Part shown: one piece after another, positions 16,684 through 25,416 of the stretch | How the letters are laid out: each line of letters starts with the position of its first letter | How positions within the stretch are numbered: position 1 is the first letter of the stretch | Origin: Kiritimatiella glycovorans | GTDB lineage: Bacteria > Verrucomicrobiota > Kiritimatiellia > Kiritimatiellales > Kiritimatiellaceae | Reading direction: 5' to 3' | Length of the DNA stretch: 32,000 bases | Assembly: GCF_001017655.1 (NCBI RefSeq) | Contig: NZ_CP010904.1 | Coordinates: 270,001-302,000, forward strand | Notes under the pieces: model-generated | Databases searched by the model: none | Told to the model about the DNA's origin: nothing | What the model saw: the letters and a program-made list of their open reading frames with translations, nothing else | Translations under genes and position numbers: made by a program

Positions 16684-18393
16684 TTGAGCAACAACGACGA
16701 CTACATAGTGGAAATCCTTCAGAACGTGGGGATGATCGACCAGGGCAAGGGGGATGAGGCGCTTCAGACCGCGCGCAGCCAGGACAAGGATGTCGTCGAT
16801 GTGCTCTGCCGGGACACCGACCTCTCCGAAGAGGACATTCTGAAGACGCTGGCGCACCAGTTCGGGATGGAGACCCTCTCGCTCCGCGAGCAGGATATCC
16901 CGCAGGAGACGCTGGACATGGTTTCCGGCGAGGTGGCGCACCGTTACCGGATCATTCCCGTCTCGCTGAGCGGCGACACGCTGACGGTGGCGCTGGCCGA
17001 TCCCCTCGACATCGAGACGCTGGACAGTCTGCGTTACATCCTCAAACGCAATGTCGAAGGCGTGGTCACGACCTCGGAGGAGATCGAGATCGCGCTTTCG
17101 CAGTATTATCCGGATACCGGGCCGGGCATGGATTCGATGATGGAGGAGATCACCGAGGGCTCCATCCAGATGCCCTCCGAATCGCAGCGCAACATCATCG
17201 ACGAGGCCGAGGTTTCCGAGTCCGACGAGCCGATCATCAAGCTGGTGAACCTGATCATCCTGGAGGCCTTCCGGAACCGCGCCTCCGACATACACCTCGA
17301 GCCTCTGAGCCGCAAGTTCCGCGTGCGCTACCGGATTGACGGCGTATTGCAGGAGGTGGAGGGGCCTCCGCGCCGGCTGCATCCCACGGTGATCAGCCGG
17401 ATCAAGATCATGGCCGACATGAAGATATCCGAGAAGCGGCTCCCGCAGGACGGCCGTATCGCGATCAACGTCATGGGTCGCGAGCTGGACCTGCGCGTGT
17501 CCTCGATTCCCTCCAACCACGGCGAGAGCATCGTCATGCGTATCCTCGACAAGGAAGGCCTGATGCTCGGTCTGCCCAAACTCGGATTCTTTTCGGACGA
17601 CCAGCAGCGGTTCGAGCGGCTCATCTCGCTGCCCGACGGCATTCTCCTGGTCACGGGTCCCACGGGTTCGGGGAAGACCACCACGCTCTACGCCTGCCTG
17701 AACTACGTCAACCGCCCGGACCGCAAGATCATCACCGTGGAGGACCCGGTCGAATACCAGCTTTCCGGGATCAACCAGGTCCAGGTGCGCAGCGATATCG
17801 GGCTGACGTTCGTAGGCGCGCTGCGTTCGATCCTGCGCCAGGCGCCCAACATCATCATGATCGGGGAGATCCGCGACTACGAGACGGCCGAAATCGCCGT
17901 GGGGGCCTCGCTGACCGGTCACCTCGTGTTCAGCACGCTGCATACCAACGACGCGCCGAGCGCGATTCCGCGTATGATCGACATGGGCGTGAAGCCGTTT
18001 CTGGTCGCCTCGTCCACGCGCGCGATCATGGCGCAGCGGCTGGTGCGGCGGGTGTGCGATTCCTGTAAGGAAGAGTATGAGCCGACCGAGACCGAACTGA
18101 ACATGCTCGGGCCGGCGGCGAGCCAGGTGAAGGGGGCCAGTCTCTACCGCGGGCGCGGGTGCAGTCACTGCAGCAACACCGGGTACCGCGGCCGCGTCGG
18201 CATTTTCGAGATTTTCGAGATCAACGACGAAGTGCGCGAAATGGTCGACACGGAGATCAGCGCCTCCGAGTTACGGATCAAGGCCCGCGAGCTGGGCATG
18301 CGCAGTCTGCGCGAGGACGGCATTCGCAAGGCGCTGGCGGGGAACACGACGCTGGACGAGGTGTTCCGTGTGACGATGGGAGATCTCGACTGA
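16684..18393 (+). CDS. GspE/PilB-family secretion/pilus assembly ATPase (paralogue 1)
   Basis: 569 aa, TTG start. It has a T2SSE_N-type N-terminal domain (YRIIPVSLSGDTLTVALADPLD), Walker A GPTGSGKTTTLYA, Asp/His boxes, Walker B IIMIGEIRD and a tetracysteine motif (CDSC...CSHC). Confidence 0.9.
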   Translation: MSNNDDYIVEILQNVGMIDQGKGDEALQTARSQDKDVVDVLCRDTDLSEEDILKTLAHQFGMETLSLREQDIPQETLDMVSGEVAHRYRIIPVSLSGDTLTVALADPLDIETLDSLRYILKRNVEGVVTTSEEIEIALSQYYPDTGPGMDSMMEEITEGSIQMPSESQRNIIDEAEVSESDEPIIKLVNLIILEAFRNRASDIHLEPLSRKFRVRYRIDGVLQEVEGPPRRLHPTVISRIKIMADMKISEKRLPQDGRIAINVMGRELDLRVSSIPSNHGESIVMRILDKEGLMLGLPKLGFFSDDQQRFERLISLPDGILLVTGPTGSGKTTTLYACLNYVNRPDRKIITVEDPVEYQLSGINQVQVRSDIGLTFVGALRSILRQAPNIIMIGEIRDYETAEIAVGASLTGHLVFSTLHTNDAPSAIPRMIDMGVKPFLVASSTRAIMAQRLVRRVCDSCKEEYEPTETELNMLGPAASQVKGASLYRGRGCSHCSNTGYRGRVGIFEIFEINDEVREMVDTEISASELRIKARELGMRSLREDGIRKALAGNTTLDEVFRVTMGDLD

Positions 18394-19472
18394 TGGCAGA
18401 GGCGACGGCCGGCATTCCTCCGCTCCGCGAACTGATGCAGTTCGCAGTGGACCAGTACGCTTCGGACCTTCACCTGACCGTGGACGCCCCGCCCGTGTTC
18501 CGGATCAACGGCGCGCTGCGGCCGTTGGACACCCCGGTGCTGAAGGCCGGCGACACGGAGTTTTTTTTCGGGGAGCTGGCCGGCGACGAAGAGATCCGGG
18601 TGGTGCGCGAGGAGGGCGGCACCGATTTCGGCTACACCTTCGGCGACCAGGCCCGTTTCCGGGTCAGCGTATTCCGCCAGCGCGGCGATCTGGCGCTGGT
18701 ATTGAGGCAGATTCCCTCCCGTAAGATGACGCTCGAGGAAATCGGCCTTCCGCCGCAGATCCGCGACCTCCTTTTCAAACCGCGGGGCCTGATCCTCGTC
18801 ACGGGCCCCACCGGGTCGGGCAAGACGACGACACTCGCGAGCATGATCGACATCATCAACCGCGAGCGCGACTGCCACATTCTCACCGTCGAGGACCCCA
18901 TCGAATACCGGCATGAACACCTGCGGAGCATCGTGAACCAGCGTGAGCTGGGGCGGGACGTGCCGACCTTCAGCGATGCGTTGAGGCGGGGGCTACGCCA
19001 GGACCCCGACGTCGTGCTGCTCGGCGAGATGCGGGATCTGGAGACGATGGCCGCCGCCCTCACGGCGGCCGAGACCGGCCACCTGGTGCTCGCCACACTG
19101 CACACGACCGGTGCGGCGAGGACTGTGGACCGGATCGTGGACGCATTCCCCTCCGACCGTCAGTCGCAGATCAGGATCCAGCTCGCCTCCAGCCTGACGG
19201 CGGTGATTTCGCAGGTGCTGCTGCGGCGCGCGGACGCGGAGGGGCGTGTCGCGGCGTTCGAGGTGATGATCAGCACGCCCTCCATCCAGGCATTGATCCG
19301 GGAGAAGAAGACCTTCCGGATCACTTCCGATATCCAGACCGGGGCGAAACACGGTATGGTGGAGATGGATGCATCGCTGCTGAAGCTCTACCGCGAGGGG
19401 GCCATCGCGCGGGACGACCTGCTCGCCTTTGCCCAGAGCGCGGGAAGCATGAAACAGGAAATCGGCGAATAA
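18393..19472 (+). CDS. pilT: Type IV pilus retraction ATPase PilT
   Basis: 359 aa from the ATG overlapping the preceding TGA (TGATG). Motifs are ASDLHLTVDAPPVFRINGAL, GPTGSGKTTTLASMID, VLLGEMRD and the PilT-specific AFPSDRQSQIRIQLASSL. There is no N-terminal T2SSE_N domain and no Cys motif. Confidence 0.9.
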   Translation: MAEATAGIPPLRELMQFAVDQYASDLHLTVDAPPVFRINGALRPLDTPVLKAGDTEFFFGELAGDEEIRVVREEGGTDFGYTFGDQARFRVSVFRQRGDLALVLRQIPSRKMTLEEIGLPPQIRDLLFKPRGLILVTGPTGSGKTTTLASMIDIINRERDCHILTVEDPIEYRHEHLRSIVNQRELGRDVPTFSDALRRGLRQDPDVVLLGEMRDLETMAAALTAAETGHLVLATLHTTGAARTVDRIVDAFPSDRQSQIRIQLASSLTAVISQVLLRRADAEGRVAAFEVMISTPSIQALIREKKTFRITSDIQTGAKHGMVEMDASLLKLYREGAIARDDLLAFAQSAGSMKQEIGE

Positions 19473-19496
19473 CATGGCCTACACGAGGTGAACGAC

Positions 19497-21221
19497 ATGC
19501 CGGACTCGACATTCCAGATTGAAGACCCGCTTCTGCAGCAGCTCCACGACGAAGGCAAGCTGCGGCCGGAGCAGTGCGAGGAGATTTTCGACGAGCACGA
19601 GCGGACCGGGAAATCCATCCGCAACGTGGTGCTCGACATGGAGGCCCTCAAGGAAGAGGACTATCTGAAAGCGGTCGCGAACCACCTCGGCTGCGAGATG
19701 ACGCATGTCGACCAGGAGATCGATCCCAAGCTGATCAAGTCCGTCCCCGTGGGCGTGGCCCGCATGTACAACGTCATCCCGTACCGGGCCGACGACGAGA
19801 CCGTGACGCTGGCCGTCTGCGACGTTCCCAGCCCCGCCGCGGTGGATGAACTGCTCTTCGTGCTCTCCCGCGACGTCTCGTTCGTCGTGGCTCCGCACGA
19901 GGACATCGAGGCCGCGATGACCCGCTACTACGGCGAGGAGAGCGGGTCCGTCAACGACCTGCTCTCGGCGCTGGAATCGGAGCTGGAGGAGACCGGCGAC
20001 CGTGTCGAAAACCGTTCCATCGACGCAGACACGGTCGACCTCGAAGACCTCCAGGAGGCCGCCAGTTCGGCCCCGGTCATCCGCTTCGTCAACCTGGTGC
20101 TCTACCAGGCGGTGAAGGACCGCGCCTCGGACGTCCACTTCGAGCCGTTCGAGGACGAGTTCAAGATCCGCTACCGGGTCGACGGCGCGCTGTACGAGAT
20201 GTCGCCGCCTCCGAAACACCTGGCGCTGCCGATCATTTCCCGCGTCAAGGTGATCGCGGGACTGAACATCGCCGAGCACCGGCTTCCGCAGGACGGGCGC
20301 ATCCAGCTCAACGTCGCCGGGTCCACCATCGACTTCCGCGTGTCGTCGCTTCCCACCCAGTTCGGCGAAAGCGTGGTGCTGCGTATTCTGGACAAGACCA
20401 ACGTCTCGCTCGATCTCGACAACATCGGGCTCCCGGAGGACATCTACGACAGTTTCACCGACGACATCGAGAAGCCGAACGGGATCATTATCGCCACCGG
20501 TCCGACGGGGTCCGGAAAGACGACCACGCTCTATTCCGCGATGCGCCGCGTCAACAGCATCGACCGCAAACTGCTGACGGCGGAGGATCCGGTGGAATAC
20601 GATATGGAGGGGATCATTCAGGTGCCCATCAACGAGGGGATCGGGCTGAGCTTCGCCGGGATTCTCCGAAACTTCCTGCGCCAGGACCCCGACATAATCC
20701 TCGTGGGGGAGATCCGCGATCTCGAAACCGCACAGATCGCCATTCAGGCGTCGCTGACCGGTCACCTCGTGTTCAGTACGCTGCACACCAACGACGCGCC
20801 CGGAGCCATCACGCGCCTGATCGATATGGGCGCCGAGCCCTTCCTGATCTCATCGACGCTCGAAGGGGTGATCGCGCAGCGGCTGATCCGTACGATCTGT
20901 CCCGGCTGCAAGAAGCCGTACACCCCCGAAGACGCGCTGCTCGAGGAGTTGAATCTCAGCCGCGCCGATGTGGGCGACAATCCGTTCTATTTCGGGGAGG
21001 GCTGCAACATGTGCAACTTCACCGGCTACCGGGGACGGCGCGGGATTTTCGAATACCTGCGAATGAATGAGCCGCTGCGCGAGCTGGTGAATCAGCGCAG
21101 CGCGACGGTGAAACTGCGCAACAAGGCCACCGAGCTGGGTATGCGGACCTTGCGCGAAGACGGAATCCGGTGCATTCTGGACGGGTATACGACACCGGAC
21201 GAGGTTTTGCGTTATACGTAA
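19497..21221 (+). CDS. GspE/PilB-family pilus assembly ATPase (paralogue 2)
   Basis: 574 aa from ATG 19497, with a GAGG RBS 8 nt upstream; the ORF opens at GTG 19488. It has a T2SSE_N domain (YNVIPYRADDETVTLAVCD), GPTGSGKTTTLYS, ILVGEIRD and CPGC...CNMC. Confidence 0.9.
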   Translation: MPDSTFQIEDPLLQQLHDEGKLRPEQCEEIFDEHERTGKSIRNVVLDMEALKEEDYLKAVANHLGCEMTHVDQEIDPKLIKSVPVGVARMYNVIPYRADDETVTLAVCDVPSPAAVDELLFVLSRDVSFVVAPHEDIEAAMTRYYGEESGSVNDLLSALESELEETGDRVENRSIDADTVDLEDLQEAASSAPVIRFVNLVLYQAVKDRASDVHFEPFEDEFKIRYRVDGALYEMSPPPKHLALPIISRVKVIAGLNIAEHRLPQDGRIQLNVAGSTIDFRVSSLPTQFGESVVLRILDKTNVSLDLDNIGLPEDIYDSFTDDIEKPNGIIIATGPTGSGKTTTLYSAMRRVNSIDRKLLTAEDPVEYDMEGIIQVPINEGIGLSFAGILRNFLRQDPDIILVGEIRDLETAQIAIQASLTGHLVFSTLHTNDAPGAITRLIDMGAEPFLISSTLEGVIAQRLIRTICPGCKKPYTPEDALLEELNLSRADVGDNPFYFGEGCNMCNFTGYRGRRGIFEYLRMNEPLRELVNQRSATVKLRNKATELGMRTLREDGIRCILDGYTTPDEVLRYT

Positions 21222-21252
21222 GTAGAGTGTTCCATGCAGGAGGGGATAAACG

Positions 21253-22533
21253 ATGCCTAATTTTCATTACATCGCACTCGACGCCAAGGGCAACGAGGTG
21301 GAGGGAACGGTGTCGGCCGACAACCAGTCGGCGGCCATCAGCAAGGTGCGCGAGAAGGGACTGTACCCCTCGAACGTGTCCCTGAGCGAAGGCGGCGGGG
21401 GCAAGAAGAAGAGCAAGCCGAAGAAGGGCGAGTCGGACGGTAAATCCGGCGGCGGCATGAAGACGGAGATCAAGCTCCCGCTGCCGGCCGGACGCGTGAA
21501 GCCGAAACAGCTGATGACCTTCACGCGCCAGCTCGCCACGCTGGTTCACGCCGGCATGCCGCTGGTCAGGGGACTGCAGGTGCTGGAGCGGCAGGAGCGG
21601 AGCCCGCGGCTCAAGAAGGCGATCGGCGAAATCATCGAATCGATCCAGGGCGGCCAGACGTTTGCCGAATCACTCGCCCAGCACGGAAAGATCTTCGACC
21701 GCCTCTACGTCAACATGGTCAAGGCCGGCGAACTCGGCGGTGTGCTGGACGTGGTGCTCGACCGTCTGGCGCTGTTTATGGAGAAGGCGCAGAAACTGAA
21801 GAGCACGATCATCAGTTCGATGGTCTACCCGGTCGTCGTGCTGATCGTGGCCGCCGGTATCGTCGGCTTCCTGATGACCTATATCGTGCCGCGGTTCGAG
21901 CAGATCTTCAACGATCTCCTGCAGGGAGCCAAGCTGCCTGCGCTGACCCAGTTCGTGATGAATCTGAGCGAGAAGCTGACCACCGGTCTGCTGCCGACGA
22001 TCGGAGTGATCGTGGGGATCGTCGTGCTCGTCAAGCTGCTGGGCAAACTGCGTGCCGGGCGTTATGCGGTCGATTACATCAAGCTGAAGATACCGCTGTT
22101 CGGCAAGCTGCGTCGTCTCAGTTCGATTTCGCGTTTTTCGCGTACGCTGGGCACGCTGATGGCATCGGGCGTGCCGGTGCTGCAGGCCCTGACCATCGTG
22201 CGTGAAACGGCCGGCAACATCCTGATCGAAAACGCGATTAACGAGGTGCATGACGCGGTCAAAGAAGGGGAGAACATGGCGCCTCCGATCGAGGCCTGCG
22301 GACTGTTCCCGCCCATCGTGGTGAGTATGGTCGAGGTCGGCGAAGAAACCGGTGAGCTTCCCAATATGCTCATCAATATTGCGGACGCCTACGACGACGA
22401 AGTCGACAATGCCGTGACGGCGCTGACTTCGATCATCGAGCCGCTGCTGATCGTCATGCTCGCGCTGGTCGTGGGCACGATCGTCATCGCACTCTTCCTC
22501 CCGATGATCAATATTATCGGCAAGCTGGGCTGA
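21253..22533 (+). CDS. Type IV pilus / T2SS inner-membrane platform protein (PilC/GspF family)
   Basis: 426 aa with two T2SSF repeats (FTRQLATLVHAGMPLVRGL and FSRTLGTLMASGVPVLQAL). A Lys/Gly-rich linker (GGGGKKKSKPKKGESDGKSGGG) follows the N-terminal domain. Confidence 0.9.
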   Translation: MPNFHYIALDAKGNEVEGTVSADNQSAAISKVREKGLYPSNVSLSEGGGGKKKSKPKKGESDGKSGGGMKTEIKLPLPAGRVKPKQLMTFTRQLATLVHAGMPLVRGLQVLERQERSPRLKKAIGEIIESIQGGQTFAESLAQHGKIFDRLYVNMVKAGELGGVLDVVLDRLALFMEKAQKLKSTIISSMVYPVVVLIVAAGIVGFLMTYIVPRFEQIFNDLLQGAKLPALTQFVMNLSEKLTTGLLPTIGVIVGIVVLVKLLGKLRAGRYAVDYIKLKIPLFGKLRRLSSISRFSRTLGTLMASGVPVLQALTIVRETAGNILIENAINEVHDAVKEGENMAPPIEACGLFPPIVVSMVEVGEETGELPNMLINIADAYDDEVDNAVTALTSIIEPLLIVMLALVVGTIVIALFLPMINIIGKLG

Positions 22534-22712
22534 GTGGAATCAGAGTAAGTGGGAGTGGGAATCGCTGTCGCTATCGAAATCGGGCTTCACCACAGAGAAC
22601 ATGATTCGTACGCGTACTCGGAGCGCAGGAGGCGCGATCCCACTCCCCCGATTCAAGGAACTCGAGTACGAGTACCGCTTCGCTGAGTACGAGCACGAGT
22701 ACGAGTACGATA
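22531..22712 (+). repeat. Composite extragenic element, second full copy (purine-rich hexamer tract, TTCAC module, palindromic core, GTACGA-type hexamer array)
   Basis: TGAGTGGAATCAGAGTAAGTGGGAGTGGG starts at the pilC stop. CTTCACCACAGAGAACAT lies at 22585-22602. The core 22604-22671 aligns to 9691-9771, and hexamers GAGTAC/GAGCAC/GAGTAC run to about 22710. Confidence 0.75.
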
Positions 22713-22715
22713 TTT

Positions 22716-22746
22716 CCCTGAGTGTCCCAATGCGGTGAACTCAGGG
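22716..22746. terminator. Perfect 8-bp stem-loop between convergent genes (CCCTGAGT - 15 nt - ACTCAGGG)
   Basis: The inverted repeat was read directly. A second palindrome, GACCGG-c-CCGGTC, abuts the regulator stop codon. Neither has a clear U-tract, so terminator function is only a guess. Confidence 0.3.
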
Positions 22747-22770
22747 GTCGAAGAGGTCGGACCGGCCCGG

Positions 22771-24129
22771 TCAATCCGACAGCTTGCGGTAGAGCGTGGC
22801 GAGGCTGATGCCGAGGGCCCTGGCCGCCTCTTCCTTGTTTCCGCCGGTGCTGTCGATCACGTTCTGGAGGTATTCTTTCTCCTTGGAGCGGAGAAAGGCC
22901 TTGAGCGACTTGCCCTTGTACTCCTCCGCACGGCTGGGGGACTCGACGCCCTCCTGCTGTACGGACTCGACGATCTTGGCCGGAAGGCTCTCGCGGGTGA
23001 TCACGCCCTCCTTCTCAAAAGTGAGCGCGTGTCGGATCGCGTTTTCCAGCTCGCGCACATTGCCGGGCCAGCCGTAGTTCTCCAGGATATGCCGCGCTTC
23101 GTGGTCCAGCGTAGGCAGTTCCCGGTCCGGCCCGATTTCGCGTCGCATCAGGTACTTGGCGAGCGGCAGCAGATCTTCCGGGCGGTCGCGCAACGGCGGG
23201 ATTTCGATCGTGATTACACTGAGGCGGTAGTAGAGATCCTCCCGAAACCGTCCCTCGCGGATCAGATCCTCGAGCGGGCTGTTCGACGCCGCGACCAGAC
23301 GGACGTCCACCTCCACGTTTTTCGTTCCGCCCACCTTGCGCACGACCTTGTCCTGCAGGGCGCGCAGGAGCTTCGACTGGATATTGAGCGGCATCGCGCC
23401 GATTTCGTCGAGGAAGAGCGTGCCGCCGCTGGCGGCTTCGAAGAGGCCGGTCTTATCGGAGCTCGCACCGGTGAAGGCTCCCTTCACATGACCGAACATC
23501 TCCGACTCCATGAGATTTTCGGGGAGCGCGGCGCAGTTGACCGGCATGAATTCATTATTCGCGCGGGGGCTGTGACTGTGGAGCGCCCGGGCGACCAGTT
23601 CCTTGCCCGTGCCGCTTTCGCCGTAGATCAGCACCGTGGTGCTGGTCGGCGCCACCCGCTCGACCATGTCGCACACCTTGCGCATCGCGGGGCTTTCGGC
23701 GATGATGTTGGTGAGGCGGGTCTTGGTTTCGAGCTGATTTTTGAGCCCCTTGTTCTCGATGAGGACCGAGTAGTACTCGAGCGCGCGCTGCACGGTCACC
23801 AGCAGTTCGTCCAGCTTGAAGGGCTTGGTGATGTAATCGAAGGCCCCCTCCTTCATCGCCTCCACGGCGCTGTTCACCGACCCGTAGGCCGTCAGCATGA
23901 TGACGCCGGTGTCCGGGGACATGTTGCGGGCGCGGCGGAGCACTTCCATGCCGTCGATTGCTTCCATGCGGATATCGGAGACCAGCAGGTCGTAGGCGTT
24001 CTGCTGCAGTTCCGCGAGGGCCGCCTCTCCGTTATCGACCGGCGTCACCTCATATCCCTCCCCGCTGAGAATCTTGTTCAGCAGATTCAGCACCACCGGT
24101 TCATCGTCGACTACAAGTATTCTGGCCAT
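22771..24129 (-). CDS. Sigma54-dependent response regulator (NtrC/PilR-like: REC - AAA+ - Fis-type HTH)
   Basis: 452 aa. The receiver is ILVVDDEP...LLVSDIRM. The AAA+ domain has GESGTGKELVARALH, the GAFTGA motif (VKGAFTGA) and an ESELFGH-like SEMFGH. The C-terminal HTH is AARALGISLATLYRKL. A GGAGGG RBS is present. Confidence 0.9.
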   Translation of the reverse strand: MARILVVDDEPVVLNLLNKILSGEGYEVTPVDNGEAALAELQQNAYDLLVSDIRMEAIDGMEVLRRARNMSPDTGVIMLTAYGSVNSAVEAMKEGAFDYITKPFKLDELLVTVQRALEYYSVLIENKGLKNQLETKTRLTNIIAESPAMRKVCDMVERVAPTSTTVLIYGESGTGKELVARALHSHSPRANNEFMPVNCAALPENLMESEMFGHVKGAFTGASSDKTGLFEAASGGTLFLDEIGAMPLNIQSKLLRALQDKVVRKVGGTKNVEVDVRLVAASNSPLEDLIREGRFREDLYYRLSVITIEIPPLRDRPEDLLPLAKYLMRREIGPDRELPTLDHEARHILENYGWPGNVRELENAIRHALTFEKEGVITRESLPAKIVESVQQEGVESPSRAEEYKGKSLKAFLRSKEKEYLQNVIDSTGGNKEEAARALGISLATLYRKLSD

Positions 24130-24159
24130 AAGACCGGGTTCCCTCCGTGGGCTGTGCGC

Positions 24160-25416
24160 TTACGAGGACTTTACATCGAGATCCAGCTCGAGGATCCGCT
24201 GCAGATCGTCCCGCGAAAATTCCGCATAATCGAGAAAACGCTGGATAATGCTATCGATTTTCGCCGATTGCGAGAAGATCTGTTCGAGCAATTCCTTTTC
24301 TTCCCGCGCCGAATCGTTAAGCGGGTCAAAAGTTTCTTTGTCCATGCGGTTCAGAATCTGGACGGCGCCGGAGATCGCGGTGAGGGGGGTGCGGATCTCG
24401 TGGGCGACGTCGGCGGCCATATCGGCGGCCGCGCGCATGCGCTCGACCTGCTGGGCCTTGTCCTGCATCTCGATCAGTCTGGAGATGTCGTTGAAGATCA
24501 TGAGCTGCCCGTGGAGGGGTTCCGAGTGGAGCCGCACGCCGGGCACCGCCTCTGCGGGCAGCTCGAGGCTGGAGGTCTCGTAGGTCGCGGGAAAGGCGGT
24601 GCCGTCGGGCCGTTCCATGTAGACCGCCGGCGAGATCGAGATCGTCCGGTCTTTCGGGACGGGCCTCTGGAGATCGGAGAGATTCCGTCCCTGCAGGTCG
24701 CGCGGCGGCGTACCGAGCAGTTCCGCGGCGCGTCCGTTGGCGAGGAGGACACGGTCTTTTTCATCGAGCAGCAGCAGCCCCGCGCGCACGTGGCGGAAGA
24801 TCAGCTCGGTGAGCTGGCGGAACTGGCGCTTCTTGCGCGTGATGTAGTTGCAGCGTTCGGAGACGTAGGCGCTCGCGATGCCGAAGAAGAGGAATACGAA
24901 GACGCGCAGGGTCAGCGAGGGCGCGACGGAGGCGAGTTCGTACCCGGGAGGGACCCCGCCGGGGGGCACCAGTACCCCGTGGGTCATCAGCACGATCAGG
25001 AGGATATAGACGAGGATACTGAGCAGCGTGATCTGCAGGGCGCGGCGCGGGGTTGACACGACCCCCGCCGACAGGATGACGAGCGGGTAGAGCATATTCA
25101 GTTCGCTCTCGATCCCGCCCGTAAAGTAGACCAGCCCCGAGACGAGGGTGATGTCCACCAGGAACTGGAGGGGCGCGAAGCGCAGGGCGTGCTCCTGGTT
25201 TCGCAGCCAGAGCGAGTAGGGGATCGTGATGATGAACGCAAACCCCATGAACGCGTAGAAGGCGATATTGTCGCCGGGCAGGATGAGCGAGAGCATGATC
25301 AGGAATCCGCACAGGGCGGCCAGCCGAAGCAGCAGGATCAGCACCAGTTCCGGCCAGGAGGTGGGAGCGCTCAGGGAGAACAGCAGTTTTCTCGGGGTCA
25401 TCGAACGGCTCCGCAT
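24160..25416 (-). CDS. PilS-like membrane sensor: multi-TM - PAS - HisKA (DHp), with no HATPase_c catalytic domain
   Basis: 418 aa with about 6 N-terminal TM helices and a PAS-like segment. The H-box is DVAHEIRTPLTAISGAVQIL. The protein ends about 80 aa after the His, and no N, G1, F or G2 boxes are present. The stop lies only 30 nt from the regulator ATG. The start overlaps the stop of the upstream gspF-like gene. Confidence 0.8.
   Translation of the reverse strand: MRSRSMTPRKLLFSLSAPTSWPELVLILLLRLAALCGFLIMLSLILPGDNIAFYAFMGFAFIITIPYSLWLRNQEHALRFAPLQFLVDITLVSGLVYFTGGIESELNMLYPLVILSAGVVSTPRRALQITLLSILVYILLIVLMTHGVLVPPGGVPPGYELASVAPSLTLRVFVFLFFGIASAYVSERCNYITRKKRQFRQLTELIFRHVRAGLLLLDEKDRVLLANGRAAELLGTPPRDLQGRNLSDLQRPVPKDRTISISPAVYMERPDGTAFPATYETSSLELPAEAVPGVRLHSEPLHGQLMIFNDISRLIEMQDKAQQVERMRAAADMAADVAHEIRTPLTAISGAVQILNRMDKETFDPLNDSAREEKELLEQIFSQSAKIDSIIQRFLDYAEFSRDDLQRILELDLDVKSS

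Noticed and set aside
22735-25056. 773-aa plus-strand ORF. Similar long ORFs are 16642..18168(-), 19479..20786(-), 26337..28235(+), 890..2422(+), 42..1259(+) and 13542..14750(+)
   Set aside because: All lie opposite genes with strong family signatures (NtrC-like regulator, GspE/PilB, NSS transporter, ABC ATPase, kinase). All translate to Arg/Asp/Gly/His-rich low-information sequence. They are shadow ORFs.
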